The notes beneath the pieces are model-generated. The model was not told the origin of the DNA and did not search any database. It saw nothing but the letters and a program-made list of their open reading frames with translations. A DNA stretch of 64,000 bases from a virus. Its lineage: Duplodnaviria > Caudoviricetes. The position numbers and the translations under genes were made by a program. Positions 17,908 through 27,693 of this stretch are shown here, piece after piece; position 1 is the first letter of the stretch, and the number at the start of each line of letters is the position of its first letter. The DNA lies in IMG/VR virus record IMGVR_UViG_3300009868_000002, positions 39,556 through 103,555 of that record. One strand, 5' to 3'.

Positions 17908-20900
17908 TTGCACCATAACACGGAATCAGCACGATGAAATCGTCAGCGTAAAAGCTGCTAACGGTAACGACAGTAAGCTCTTCGCCGACATACTGGCACA
18001 CGAGAAAGTCCAGGGCGATAAGGAATTGGCTGTACAGATATATAAAAGTATCTATACCGAAGAGTTTGAGAAAGCTACCAGGGAGACTATCGCCAAGGAG
18101 AAGGTGACTACCGCCGAAACAAAGGATGCCAACGCTGAATATAAGCTGGACTGGCTGGAGAAGCACGCCCTCTTCTTTGTCCCCAAGAGTGCTGAATTGC
18201 GTCATGGCGTATACCAGTCGCAGATGGAAGGCAAGACGAAAGATGCCAAGGATGCCGCTGAGAGGCTGCTACTGATGAATGACGCCGTCACCAAGCCTGT
18301 AAATAAGAACGACAAGTATATCGTCGAAGGTAAGGAGCTAAACCGTGTTACCGAAGAGCTGAAGAAGGATGAATTCTTTGGCTATCGCGGCATCGACGAA
18401 GAAGAAACAGAAGAAGATATACTGCGTCAGGCATGGGGTAATACCGTCGATAAGATTCTCAATGCCGTTGTTGCAGGGGAGGATGTTACGCTGGATAAAG
18501 ACGACAAAATCACACAGGAAGTATTCGACTACCTGAAGAAGTACTTCTCTGACTTGATAGCTAAATACCCTGGGCATATCTTTCTTTCGCAGATGTCGCT
18601 ATTCAATGTCAGCAAAAACATAGCGGGTACCGCTGACGTCGTGATGATAAACCCTGAAGGCGAATTGCGCTTTATAGACTTGAAGACAAGTCTGTATCCA
18701 TTCACGGAAGGCTATAAGACGGATGCAGGATTTGATGCACATTATAACAAAAGAGTTACCCATAAGGAAGGCGACAAGAAAGTAGTCACCGCCAGCCGCA
18801 AGGACAGGCACTCGGCACAGGTAGGTACCTATGCCGCTATGGCGGAAGCTATGGGATTCAAGCTTGCCGAGAAGCCTATACTAATCCTTCCCTTTCAGAT
18901 TACAAAGGTAGATGGCGACAAGATAGCGAGAGTGAAGCATGATACCTATGGTGAGGATGACTTCATTGAGGGGGAGTACTTCCAGACGATACAGGCACGC
19001 TATAACAAGGATACCAGGCTGGAAGGTGCTACTCATGCTATCACTCGTGCGCTGAAGATACTAAAGGAACACGCTATGCTGGCTAGGCAGCGTGGTAAGC
19101 CATCGGGACGTATCGAAGCAATCATCAAGGAGATTGACGAAAGCGTCGATGCAGAGGCAGCGATAAAGTTTATCGACAATGCCTATACTACCTTTGTAGC
19201 TAACATCGCCAAGCAATACAACAAGGAAGTCGACACACTAAAAAAAGCTACTCCCGAGCAGTATGGCGATGCAATCGTCACCTTCCTCAACTTTCTGGAT
19301 GACACCAGAAAGATGATGGACATCTACCATGGTAAAGACTCTATCCTAAAGAGTATCAATAAGCTATATCGCAACATCAAGGATATAGACCCCGGCTACA
19401 GACCCGAAGCAGGCTCACCGCTGGATAAGATAGAGACTACCATTCGCGTCATCGACGACTTACGTACCGATATCGACGACATCCTTCCCGGCATTATGGC
19501 GCGGATACTGGCCAAGCAGGTACACTTGGGAAGCATTGAAGCAATGAAAGCCAAGGAGCAGCATCTGATAAAGAAAGTCAATGCTTCGCCTAAAGACTCC
19601 CGCAATCGTGTCAAGCATGAGAGAGAGCTTGCCGAGCATAGAGAGAAATTCCATATCTCCGAGAGTGGCGACCCCGACATGATTGCGAAGATTGAGCAGG
19701 AGATAAAGCAGGGAGGGTATAAGGATATAGGCGCTATGGACAGGTGGTTTAGCCCTGCTGTAAGCATGGATAACAGCTTTCTGGCGACGTTTGTGCTGAC
19801 GCTAAAGGAAGCTTTCGAGAAAGCCAAGGCACTGGCACGGGACTTTATGTACCAGGCACATGAAGCTTTTGAGGAATATGCCAAAGTGGCTGGTGCTAGC
19901 AGGGATAACCCTAACCAGTTTAATGCTGGCCTCTTCAAGAAGCGCAACATGTTTCTGGATAAGGATACTACTAAAGAAGTGCTAAGCTTTGTAGCCCCCC
20001 TAGACTATGGCCGCTTTGAAGCCGAGCGCACTAAGATGTTCAAGGAAGCGGAGAAGATTAAGGACAGGAATGCGAAGAATAAGTTTGTCGCCGACTGGTA
20101 CGCCGCTAATACGCAGCTACGCCCTCTGGAGCACGTCGAAGGAGTGACGACGTATAACGGCGTCAAGCTGCTGGATTCTGTCAGGGATGTTGCTGCACGC
20201 ATGAAAAAGAATTGGGGTGAGGACTTGACAAATAAGTATATTTCGGAGCACGTCACCTTTACCAACGGTAAGATGACGTCGGCAGACTGGACATCGGGGA
20301 TGCTGATACCCAGCATAAGTAAGTACGCCGATAGCGACTTTGCTGCACTGCGCACTAATGCCGCCAAGTTTAAGTTCTACCTGTTCCTGATGAATAGCTA
20401 CCTGCGCTCACAGTCGCGGCTACCGGCACGCAAGAGTGAGTCACATCGATTTCTGGTGCCCTTCGTGAAGAAGTCGGGAGGAGACAGACTGCGCGAAGGT
20501 AAATTCTGGGATGCTTTCAAGAATAGGTTCTGGGATGAGGCTATGCTGCGCATCGATGAAGACTATCAGACGGAGGGGCTGGAAGATACCAAAACCATTC
20601 CTATCCTCTTCTATAACGATGGACATACCATGGATGCTGCCGATGTGAGCACCGACTTGATGGCAAGCATCCTGAAATTCGAGATTGCCAGCTTACGCTA
20701 TGAGCAGCAAAGCAGGCATAGCAGCCTTGCCGACAACTTGCTGCTTAGCGTTAAGCAAACGGAGCCTGCTGCAACAGACAGCGCTGGCTGGCGTATCTTA
20801 AGTAAGGCGGCGAAGGCAGTAGGCATTACCGAAGGGATGGAGAAATACGTGAAGAAACACGGCAGCAATCAGGTTGCCGCCATGCTGGAAGCATTTATCG

Positions 20901-22270
20901 ACGTTACCATCTATGGGCAGCGCCGCAAAGACCCCACCTTTAAGATAGGCAGCCGAGTGGTGGACTTGGGTAAGGTTGCTGACAGCATCATTAGCTTTAG
21001 TAGCAAAACGCAGATTGCCGCCGACTGGACGCTGGCATTAGCCAACTCCTTGCAGGCACGGGTAAACCAACAAATAGAAGCAGCAGCACGTCAGTATTAT
21101 AATGGCAGAGACTGGATAAAGGCAGAAGTGGAATACGATAAGCACCTGGGGGCAATGGTTGGCGACAGACTTAATCCCGTCACCAAGTCACTCATGGGGC
21201 AGCTGATAGACTTATATGAGCCTATCCAGGGCACCTTCACCGATGAGTTTGGACATCGACTAAGCAAGAGCAAGTTTAAGGCACGGATGAATAGCAGCTT
21301 GCTATACTTCGGCATGAAGTCGGGGGAGCATCATGCACAGGTAAAGAGCATGATAGCGATGATGCTAAGCAAGCAGGTGATGCAGAATGGTAAGCCTATT
21401 CCGCTATATGAAGCTTATGAGCGCGATGCGTCGGGAAAATTAAAGCTTAGGGAGGGTGTTGAAATGACGGAGCTGGTGGATAGGGCATTACAGAATAGGC
21501 TCCATGCCGTCAACAAGCGGCTGCATGGTGTATACAATAGCTTTGATGGAGTAGAGATAGAGCGGCACTGGTATGGCAGGCTGCTAATCATGTACAAGAA
21601 GTGGCTGGCACCGGGACTAAAGAGAAGGTGGAAAGCAGAAGGCTTTGACTATGAACTAGGAGACTTCACCGAAGGGATGTATTCTACCTTCTTCAAGAAG
21701 CTCTTTGGTGAGTTTGGCGAATTCGCCAAGTACGTCACCGGCAAGGAGCATACCTTTTCGCCGATGGAGATAGCGAATATACGCAGGACGCTGTATGAAT
21801 TTAGCGTTATCGCTATCACAGGGACGCTGGCTATCATCCTGTCGGCACTGGGCAGTGGCGCCGATACCGATAAGAAGTGGAAGTACCAATGGCCGCTGTA
21901 TTTCCTGATGAGGTTGAATGCCGAGATATCGATATATGGAGGCTTGGGCGACCCTAGCAGCTTATTCCTTCCCAACTTACGGGAAGTGATTAGCCCCTAT
22001 AGGAGCATTCCTGTGATGACGGTATTGCAGAAAGTTACTAACTTATATTCTTCGGCATCGGGGGATGTCATTAATCTGATGCTTGGACAGGATATAAATA
22101 GATACCAAAATAATACAGGCATTTTTGACGCTGGCACCAGTAAGACATGGGCTAATGCCGTCAAGGTGTGGGGTATTTCCGGCAAGTCGATGGATTCTGA
22201 CTTGGCGTTAGACATACTACTACTACAGAAAGGTAGCAATGTTGCTGTAGTAGGTAAGACGAGAGAGTAA
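17900..22270 (+). CDS. Large virion cargo protein (1456 aa) with PD-(D/E)xK nuclease domain and a C-terminal hydrophobic segment
   Basis: IAGTADVVMINPEGELRFIDLKTS and HSAQVGTY motifs; FSVIAITGTLAIILSALG TM-like stretch; follows the RNAP. Confidence 0.7.
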   Translation: MASCTITRNQHDEIVSVKAANGNDSKLFADILAHEKVQGDKELAVQIYKSIYTEEFEKATRETIAKEKVTTAETKDANAEYKLDWLEKHALFFVPKSAELRHGVYQSQMEGKTKDAKDAAERLLLMNDAVTKPVNKNDKYIVEGKELNRVTEELKKDEFFGYRGIDEEETEEDILRQAWGNTVDKILNAVVAGEDVTLDKDDKITQEVFDYLKKYFSDLIAKYPGHIFLSQMSLFNVSKNIAGTADVVMINPEGELRFIDLKTSLYPFTEGYKTDAGFDAHYNKRVTHKEGDKKVVTASRKDRHSAQVGTYAAMAEAMGFKLAEKPILILPFQITKVDGDKIARVKHDTYGEDDFIEGEYFQTIQARYNKDTRLEGATHAITRALKILKEHAMLARQRGKPSGRIEAIIKEIDESVDAEAAIKFIDNAYTTFVANIAKQYNKEVDTLKKATPEQYGDAIVTFLNFLDDTRKMMDIYHGKDSILKSINKLYRNIKDIDPGYRPEAGSPLDKIETTIRVIDDLRTDIDDILPGIMARILAKQVHLGSIEAMKAKEQHLIKKVNASPKDSRNRVKHERELAEHREKFHISESGDPDMIAKIEQEIKQGGYKDIGAMDRWFSPAVSMDNSFLATFVLTLKEAFEKAKALARDFMYQAHEAFEEYAKVAGASRDNPNQFNAGLFKKRNMFLDKDTTKEVLSFVAPLDYGRFEAERTKMFKEAEKIKDRNAKNKFVADWYAANTQLRPLEHVEGVTTYNGVKLLDSVRDVAARMKKNWGEDLTNKYISEHVTFTNGKMTSADWTSGMLIPSISKYADSDFAALRTNAAKFKFYLFLMNSYLRSQSRLPARKSESHRFLVPFVKKSGGDRLREGKFWDAFKNRFWDEAMLRIDEDYQTEGLEDTKTIPILFYNDGHTMDAADVSTDLMASILKFEIASLRYEQQSRHSSLADNLLLSVKQTEPAATDSAGWRILSKAAKAVGITEGMEKYVKKHGSNQVAAMLEAFIDVTIYGQRRKDPTFKIGSRVVDLGKVADSIISFSSKTQIAADWTLALANSLQARVNQQIEAAARQYYNGRDWIKAEVEYDKHLGAMVGDRLNPVTKSLMGQLIDLYEPIQGTFTDEFGHRLSKSKFKARMNSSLLYFGMKSGEHHAQVKSMIAMMLSKQVMQNGKPIPLYEAYERDASGKLKLREGVEMTELVDRALQNRLHAVNKRLHGVYNSFDGVEIERHWYGRLLIMYKKWLAPGLKRRWKAEGFDYELGDFTEGMYSTFFKKLFGEFGEFAKYVTGKEHTFSPMEIANIRRTLYEFSVIAITGTLAIILSALGSGADTDKKWKYQWPLYFLMRLNAEISIYGGLGDPSSLFLPNLREVISPYRSIPVMTVLQKVTNLYSSASGDVINLMLGQDINRYQNNTGIFDAGTSKTWANAVKVWGISGKSMDSDLALDILLLQKGSNVAVVGKTRE

Positions 22271-22359
22271 TTTAGTAACTAAATTTATTCCCATGACGAC
22301 AGAGCAACAGCCGGGAGGCTGCATTCGCTTAATCCACTCTTTAGAAGAAATTAAAGCTT

Positions 22360-22387
22360 AGGTAGGGTAGGTTTCCCTACCCCACCT
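22360..22387. terminator. Hairpin between the convergent virion and replication arms
   Basis: gggtagg-tttc-cctaccc stem-loop in the 22271-22445 convergent gap. Confidence 0.5.
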
Positions 22388-22445
22388 GCCTATCTGCAAT
22401 TAAAGGTGAAGATTAGTTAAAAAGGTTAACAAATAAAACTTCATC

Positions 22446-22847
22446 TTACTCTTTATTAGCGTTTAAAAAATACTGGTTATAGCATTCCTCCAGTTTCTTC
22501 CAGATTCCATCGGAGCCTTCTTTTACTAGTATGTCGAACACTTCCTGTGCAGCAAGGGTAGAGCCGTCATAGTAGCAGGGCCTGCCATCGAAGTGCCTAC
22601 AGCTTTTGCTGCGCCATTGTCCTTCATAGCGAGGAGAGATAGAGTGATAGCCCACATCAGCAGGAAAGGGCTTGTCTAAGGCCGCTGTATTTTCAGGTAG
22701 ATACCATCCTGTGAATAGCACAAACTCTACTACTCCTAATTCTCCCTGCACCGACATGATTATCTCGGCGCAGTGAATACCATAGTTTTTATTAGGGTCG
22801 CTATCCCTTTTATCCCATGCTGGTGTTATTACTATCTTATGCTCCAT
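22446..22847 (-). CDS. Hypothetical phage protein
   Basis: 133-aa ORF, coupled to the upstream gene. Confidence 0.65.
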   Translation of the reverse strand: MEHKIVITPAWDKRDSDPNKNYGIHCAEIIMSVQGELGVVEFVLFTGWYLPENTAALDKPFPADVGYHSISPRYEGQWRSKSCRHFDGRPCYYDGSTLAAQEVFDILVKEGSDGIWKKLEECYNQYFLNANKE

Positions 22848-23233
22848 TATTGGAAAGTAACCATACCATAAATCTCTCTAACATAAGCGTCCTTCTTGAT
22901 AGTTCCGCTGCGCTTCATCTGATAGAGTCGTGATTTTGCTTCTTCCAGAGTATCATAGAATTCCCATTTCCTATAGTAAGCGTATCTTCCATTGCCTATC
23001 GGCATGGCGACATACTTACGTCCGGCATTGATGAGTCGGGAGTAGACGGCTTCACAGATGCCATACATGCACACAGGGACGGTATTTTCTTCGATGTCGG
23101 TACCGGGGCTGCCTTTGCCGCCTAATACGGTGTTGTAGGAATCGGGTACATCATCGGGACACAGCAAGCAGGGATACTGCGCTATGGCGATGTTGGAGAG
23201 CAGCAATGCCACTATAACAATGAGTTGTTTCAT
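22847..23233 (-). CDS. Secreted protein, possible SPOR-like C-terminus
   Basis: Signal peptide MKQLIVIVALLLSNIAIA; FYDTLEEAKSRLYQMKRSG..DAYV resembles the end of a SPOR domain. Confidence 0.5.
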   Translation of the reverse strand: MKQLIVIVALLLSNIAIAQYPCLLCPDDVPDSYNTVLGGKGSPGTDIEENTVPVCMYGICEAVYSRLINAGRKYVAMPIGNGRYAYYRKWEFYDTLEEAKSRLYQMKRSGTIKKDAYVREIYGMVTFQ

Positions 23234-23338
23234 TTTAGAACATTTTACTAATTAAAAGAAGAAGCTCCACACGGTACCATCGAAATAACTTCCACTAAAA
23301 TTATTCCTTTATGCTGGTGGAGCTTCTGTTAGTTAAAG

Positions 23339-23608
23339 CTAGTTTGCACGTTCGTCACTAGGTGGAGTGCTCCTAAAAATAGCATCGAGTACAGCACCGA
23401 TAAGCCTGAAAGGTAAGCCGAAGAGCATCATGAATCCACCGGGATTACCTGTAGCACTACGAGCACCAGCGAGGGTGTTCTTGGGCGTTGGGCGAGCACG
23501 GTATTTGCGTGTTTTCGCCGTCTCGTGAGTGGCATACTTGTCACCGTATACCTTGCCTGCTGCACGACGCAGCTTGCGAGCTTGTCTGATAGATTTCTTT
23601 TTGTCCAT
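23339..23608 (-). CDS. Small basic hypothetical protein
   Basis: 89-aa ORF with AT-rich leader. Confidence 0.55.
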   Translation of the reverse strand: MDKKKSIRQARKLRRAAGKVYGDKYATHETAKTRKYRARPTPKNTLAGARSATGNPGGFMMLFGLPFRLIGAVLDAIFRSTPPSDERAN

Positions 23609-24207
23609 CGTACTTATTTTAGTGAGTTAAAAAATGCTTTCTCAAAGTATGCTCTCACTAAAAAGAGGAAGCCCTGCACGTGAAAATCCCATGAAGAAAT
23701 ATACTGAAAACCATGTGGCAGGGCTCCTGTGTTACTTGCGTAGCTGTAGCCAGCTTTTTATCTTAGTAGGTATATCCTTACGCTTGCATCGTATCTCGTC
23801 AGGCAGACACTCCGTAAGTGGGCTGCACTGATTCTTTATGCGGTAGATTTCAATACACTGCTTCAGTGGATTGTATTTGCCTATCGTACCCATGCCCTTG
23901 ACGGTAATCTCGGGGGCAATAGCGTCTCCCAGAAAAGAAACCTCAACGTCATTTCTGTCCATCACTAAGCAAGTTTAGCACTAGCCAGTACTTCTTACGA
24001 TTTTCTATAATGCCGGGAGGATGTATCTTGCCAAAGAGGCGACGCCAGAACGACTTTCTTATTTTTGCTATCATCGAAGTAAGTTTTAGTGGAATTCAGA
24101 TTCTGACTGCCAGCTATCTCCCTGACAGTTACGTATGTTGTTATAGCGTGTAGTGCTCTTGGGAGAGAGCCAGCAGAAAAGTTTTGCAATGATGTATTTA
24201 AGCAGCT

Positions 24208-24411
24208 TCATGACTTGTCAATTAAGGTGTAGTCGATATAGATATATGCAGTACCTTCATAGTGCTTTAGAAAAGCATCTTTCAGGACTTTCGCCTGATA
24301 ACGCAAAAGAGGAGAAGTCTTCTGGCTAGGCCCTTCTTTCATTTGCAGGCGTGCCCTCCAATAGGGATAGCCTAAGAACATAGCTTTAAACCAATGTTTG
24401 ATAAATTTCAT
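24208..24411 (-). CDS. Hypothetical protein, paralog of 24408..24608
   Basis: HWFKAMFLGYPYWR...IDY shared with the neighbour. Confidence 0.7.
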   Translation of the reverse strand: MKFIKHWFKAMFLGYPYWRARLQMKEGPSQKTSPLLRYQAKVLKDAFLKHYEGTAYIYIDYTLIDKS

Positions 24412-24608
24412 CGCCCGATAAGTTTATAGTCGATACGTATTGTTGCTATTCCTCTTTCTTGAGACATTAGTGTGCGTGCCATCTTCTTTGCTCTCTTGTA
24501 GTGTAAAGGTACGCTTCTAAAGCTATTACCTCTTTTAGTATCATAGCGAACTCTCCAGTAGGGGTAATCTAAAAACATTGCCTTATACCAGTGCAGCAAG
24601 TAGCGCAT
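24408..24608 (-). CDS. Hypothetical protein, paralog of 24208..24411
   Basis: HWYKAMFLDYPYWR...IDY; ATGA overlap. Confidence 0.7.
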   Translation of the reverse strand: MRYLLHWYKAMFLDYPYWRVRYDTKRGNSFRSVPLHYKRAKKMARTLMSQERGIATIRIDYKLIGR

Positions 24609-24613
24609 AATAC

Positions 24614-25417
24614 TTAGTTTTCAAAGTACGAGAATGCTTTTTGCACCAAGTCAGGAGCTTGCATGAAGTCTGCCTTTTCAGTGATATTGGCGGTGAGTGC
24701 ATTCCAGATGTTGTACCTGGTATGCCTACCGTCCCGCTGATAGTATAGGTTCTTGATTCCTCCATAGTCGCTATTGTTAAATAGCAGCTTGATGGCGGCA
24801 TTGAAGTGCGTCGTCATCGAGTTGGTTTTGCCTACGCACTTGACGGCAAGCTTTCCTAATTCAGTATACAGCTGCTGCCCTTCCAGCATATCCCCTGTAA
24901 GATACTGGATTTTGCTGGCAAATTCAACACGCTCTGTATCAATAGCTTCCAGGTATCCAGGGATGGTATCGTAGATATGGCTGAAGTCTTCATCGGCAAA
25001 GTGACGGTACTGCACAGCATTACGGCTGAAGATGCTCAGGTTGATGCATGCATCCCTCAGTCCTCCGCTATACACTTTGATGATAGGCTTTACCACATCC
25101 AGTGCATATACCATGCCGATGACTTTGCTGTAGCTGTCTTCAGGGTTGGACACCAGCTGGTATTCGTCGTTGAGGACAGCCTGCAGCAATACGCGATGGA
25201 AGCCATTGTCTACAGCAACTTCCGTGAAGTCGCCATGATGTTCCTCTTCTACGGTTTGCACCATTGGCTGGCTGACTTTCACTTTCCACTCACGGGTATA
25301 GGGTTGCAGCTTGCTGATGAAGGGCAGCACGATTTCGCTAGCCCTGGGGAATGTTACGTTACCTCGCTGGATAGCCTTGCCTTCCAGCAGTTGTTCGACG
25401 GTTAAGTCCTTTATCAT
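24614..25417 (-). CDS. DUF932/DUF3871-like conserved phage protein
   Basis: KVYSGGLRDACINLSIF and YNIWNALT motifs. Confidence 0.5.
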   Translation of the reverse strand: MIKDLTVEQLLEGKAIQRGNVTFPRASEIVLPFISKLQPYTREWKVKVSQPMVQTVEEEHHGDFTEVAVDNGFHRVLLQAVLNDEYQLVSNPEDSYSKVIGMVYALDVVKPIIKVYSGGLRDACINLSIFSRNAVQYRHFADEDFSHIYDTIPGYLEAIDTERVEFASKIQYLTGDMLEGQQLYTELGKLAVKCVGKTNSMTTHFNAAIKLLFNNSDYGGIKNLYYQRDGRHTRYNIWNALTANITEKADFMQAPDLVQKAFSYFEN

Positions 25418-25609
25418 AGGAAAAGCTTTTATTCGTTTAAGATATATTGCCAGTACATGCTTACTAAGTCAGGAAATACCGAAAGCCAATTTCTAGATGT
25501 TTCGGCGGAGTAGATTTTCATTTTGTCGAAGTCATAGAAGAAAGCTTCATCAAAATGTATTCCTTTCTTGTAGTGTTGTTCATTTTGGTAAGTTCTTAAT
25601 ACCCAAAGC

Positions 25610-25882
25610 TTAGCTTCTTTTTTCAGAGTCTTCTTTCTCATGGAAGTTAGGTTTTTGAATATCTGCAGCAAAAGCAATAACGATATCATCGTCGTGCAGT
25701 CTACTCCAGCAGGGTTCTCCGCAAGTGTATTCCTGCCAGCTGTTGTTGCTCCAGCGAAGTTGTCGTATCACATCTTCTGTAGCGTGGTTAAATAATACCT
25801 GTACAACATACAGGCTTTCAGTAGGTGGAGTATGCTCGGGATACTTAAGCCATGCGATATATCCTGTGACGAGTGTTTTCAT
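25610..25882 (-). CDS. Hypothetical protein (DUF551-like)
   Basis: WLKYPEHTPP..YVVQV..W pattern. Confidence 0.45.
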   Translation of the reverse strand: MKTLVTGYIAWLKYPEHTPPTESLYVVQVLFNHATEDVIRQLRWSNNSWQEYTCGEPCWSRLHDDDIVIAFAADIQKPNFHEKEDSEKRS

Positions 25883-26085
25883 TCTTTGTAGTTTTTGCCT
25901 ATGAATACTCCAAATGAAAGGCTAAATAGTACGAGTATGATAATGCCTAGGAAATATGTGATTCCCCTAAACATAGAGGGCTCTACTCCGACAAATGCTA
26001 TGCGTATGCATACTATCTGAAAGAATATAAGCCATACTACTATTACTGCTAAATAACCAATCTCTCTTTTATCTTTTGTTTTCAT
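25879..26085 (-). CDS. Small two-TM membrane protein
   Basis: Two hydrophobic segments; ATGA overlaps on both sides. Confidence 0.6.
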   Translation of the reverse strand: MKTKDKREIGYLAVIVVWLIFFQIVCIRIAFVGVEPSMFRGITYFLGIIILVLFSLSFGVFIGKNYKE

Positions 26086-26735
26086 TTCAGCTGATTTTTA
26101 TAAAGCTCTATTCCCTTATCCATTGCTGTTCTTCCATTATAGTGTAGCACCTTGGGAAATGTCATCGTCCAGTTGTTGCGTAGCTTTGTATCCATGTAGG
26201 TAAAGTCTCCTTCCTTCTCGAACGCCATAGACTGAAAAAGCTTGCATTCGTAGTCCAGCCTGATAGGAAAGCCATCACGCTTTGCAGCAAGGTAGCCTAC
26301 GCTCTGCTGACTCTGGCAGTCGTTATTCTCCGCAAAGATGTAGGGAAGGACGTACTTCGTCAGAAACTCTATAGCTAGGTAGGCAGGGCCACACCAGTTG
26401 CCTCCATTGAGATACTTCCACGGTGTATCCCTGTCTTCATAGAGAGGAATGATTTGTGGCAACGGCCAGCATGCCTTTTCAGCAGAATAGAGTAAGTAGT
26501 CGGTGGGTGGCTCGAAGGTATCCAGAAAGATAGTGTCGGCACCATCAGAGTAAATGACGAGCTCACCGTCATCCATGTCCTTCATTGCTCTTACTAATGA
26601 GCGCTCCAGGGTAGGGTTGCCGTAATATTTGCCATCAGTGCAAGTATTAATCAGGGGAAAGAAGCGCTTGCAGCTTGCTTCCATAATCTCTGTGCCTTCA
26701 AAGGGCCTGTAGATATAAGTCAGTACTGTTGCCAT
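26082..26735 (-). CDS. PLOD/LH3-type glycosyltransferase domain protein
   Basis: YSDGADTIF, YSAEKACWP, YLNGGNWCG, IRLDYECKLFQ, VLHYNG match the procollagen galactosyltransferase-like GT-A domain. Confidence 0.75.
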   Translation of the reverse strand: MATVLTYIYRPFEGTEIMEASCKRFFPLINTCTDGKYYGNPTLERSLVRAMKDMDDGELVIYSDGADTIFLDTFEPPTDYLLYSAEKACWPLPQIIPLYEDRDTPWKYLNGGNWCGPAYLAIEFLTKYVLPYIFAENNDCQSQQSVGYLAAKRDGFPIRLDYECKLFQSMAFEKEGDFTYMDTKLRNNWTMTFPKVLHYNGRTAMDKGIELYKNQLK

Positions 26736-27381
26736 CTATGCTTTATTATGTTCTCCTTCGTTTTCTATTAGATAGGTAAGAATCAGTAGTCCATTAGCAG
26801 GAATAGTATCTCCTGCCTTTTGTATTTGTATTTCCATCTGCTCGGGAAGGCTACAAGGAATGCCTACAAAAGTACAATGCTCCGACGAGTAGGCTCCATA
26901 GTTTCCTTCCAGCAGACTGGTAACGATTTTCTCCAGCTGCTCCTCTGCTGTGCCAACAGTAGAAACGGTAATGACACCATTGAGTAGTGCATAATCACGT
27001 GATGCTAGGAAAGCCATGCTATAGGAATTGATTCTCTGGTAATCAGCCAGTAGGCTATAGCCATCGCTGCAAAAGCCAGCGCGACAAGAATAAATAGCCA
27101 GATAGTAGGAGCAGTGAGATATAAGCTTATGCCGCGTAGGAATCCGGCACCAGAGAAGACATGAAGCACACGTGCCCAAATGTTTTGTTTAGCTTTCATG
27201 GTATGTTTGTTTTAGTTCGTCACTCCACTCCAGCGCTAAGTCGCATCTCGCTATCTCTTGCTCCAGCCTTACTTCAACGGAATGATTGCGCTTTTCGGGA
27301 TGCTGCTTCATCAGCTTACGAAGCCTCTTTTCAGCAAATTGCTTGCGGATAGTCCAGTACAGTTTCATAGGCGTAAGGTTT

Positions 27382-27409
27382 AAAAAGCGGGGACATTGCT
27401 GCCCCCGCT
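27382..27409 (-). terminator. Rho-independent terminator-like hairpin
   Basis: agcgggg/ccccgct stem followed by a U-run on the - strand. Confidence 0.55.
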
Positions 27410-27416
27410 AGCGCTA

Positions 27417-27668
27417 CTAACAAGCCGTAATCTCATGGCTAATCTTTAGTTGATACAACATATTCTCACCTAATCCCAGCAGCGTAGTATAAGCTCGTAT
27501 GCTTATCCCTATACGATAGTGCTGGCGCAATTCCTTGTAGATAGCAACGATAAGCTCCTTGTCAGCGTCAATATCTATTTCTACAACACCTTCGTCCTTC
27601 AGCCTCGTCCAAATGATAGCGTGCACCCGTGCCCAGTAGGGAGAGCGCATGTACTCGTCCAGCTTCAT
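27417..27668 (-). CDS. Hypothetical protein
   Basis: 83-aa ORF in the operon. Confidence 0.55.
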   Translation of the reverse strand: MKLDEYMRSPYWARVHAIIWTRLKDEGVVEIDIDADKELIVAIYKELRQHYRIGISIRAYTTLLGLGENMLYQLKISHEITAC

Positions 27669-27693
27669 AGCGATATAAAATTACGAAATTTTG

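Noticed and set aside
23950-24211. Two small ORFs starting MKLL and MIAK as RLIL-family members
   Set aside because: They lack the R-L-I-L-like C-terminus; the MKLYW ORF near 27190-27368 was excluded for the same reason.
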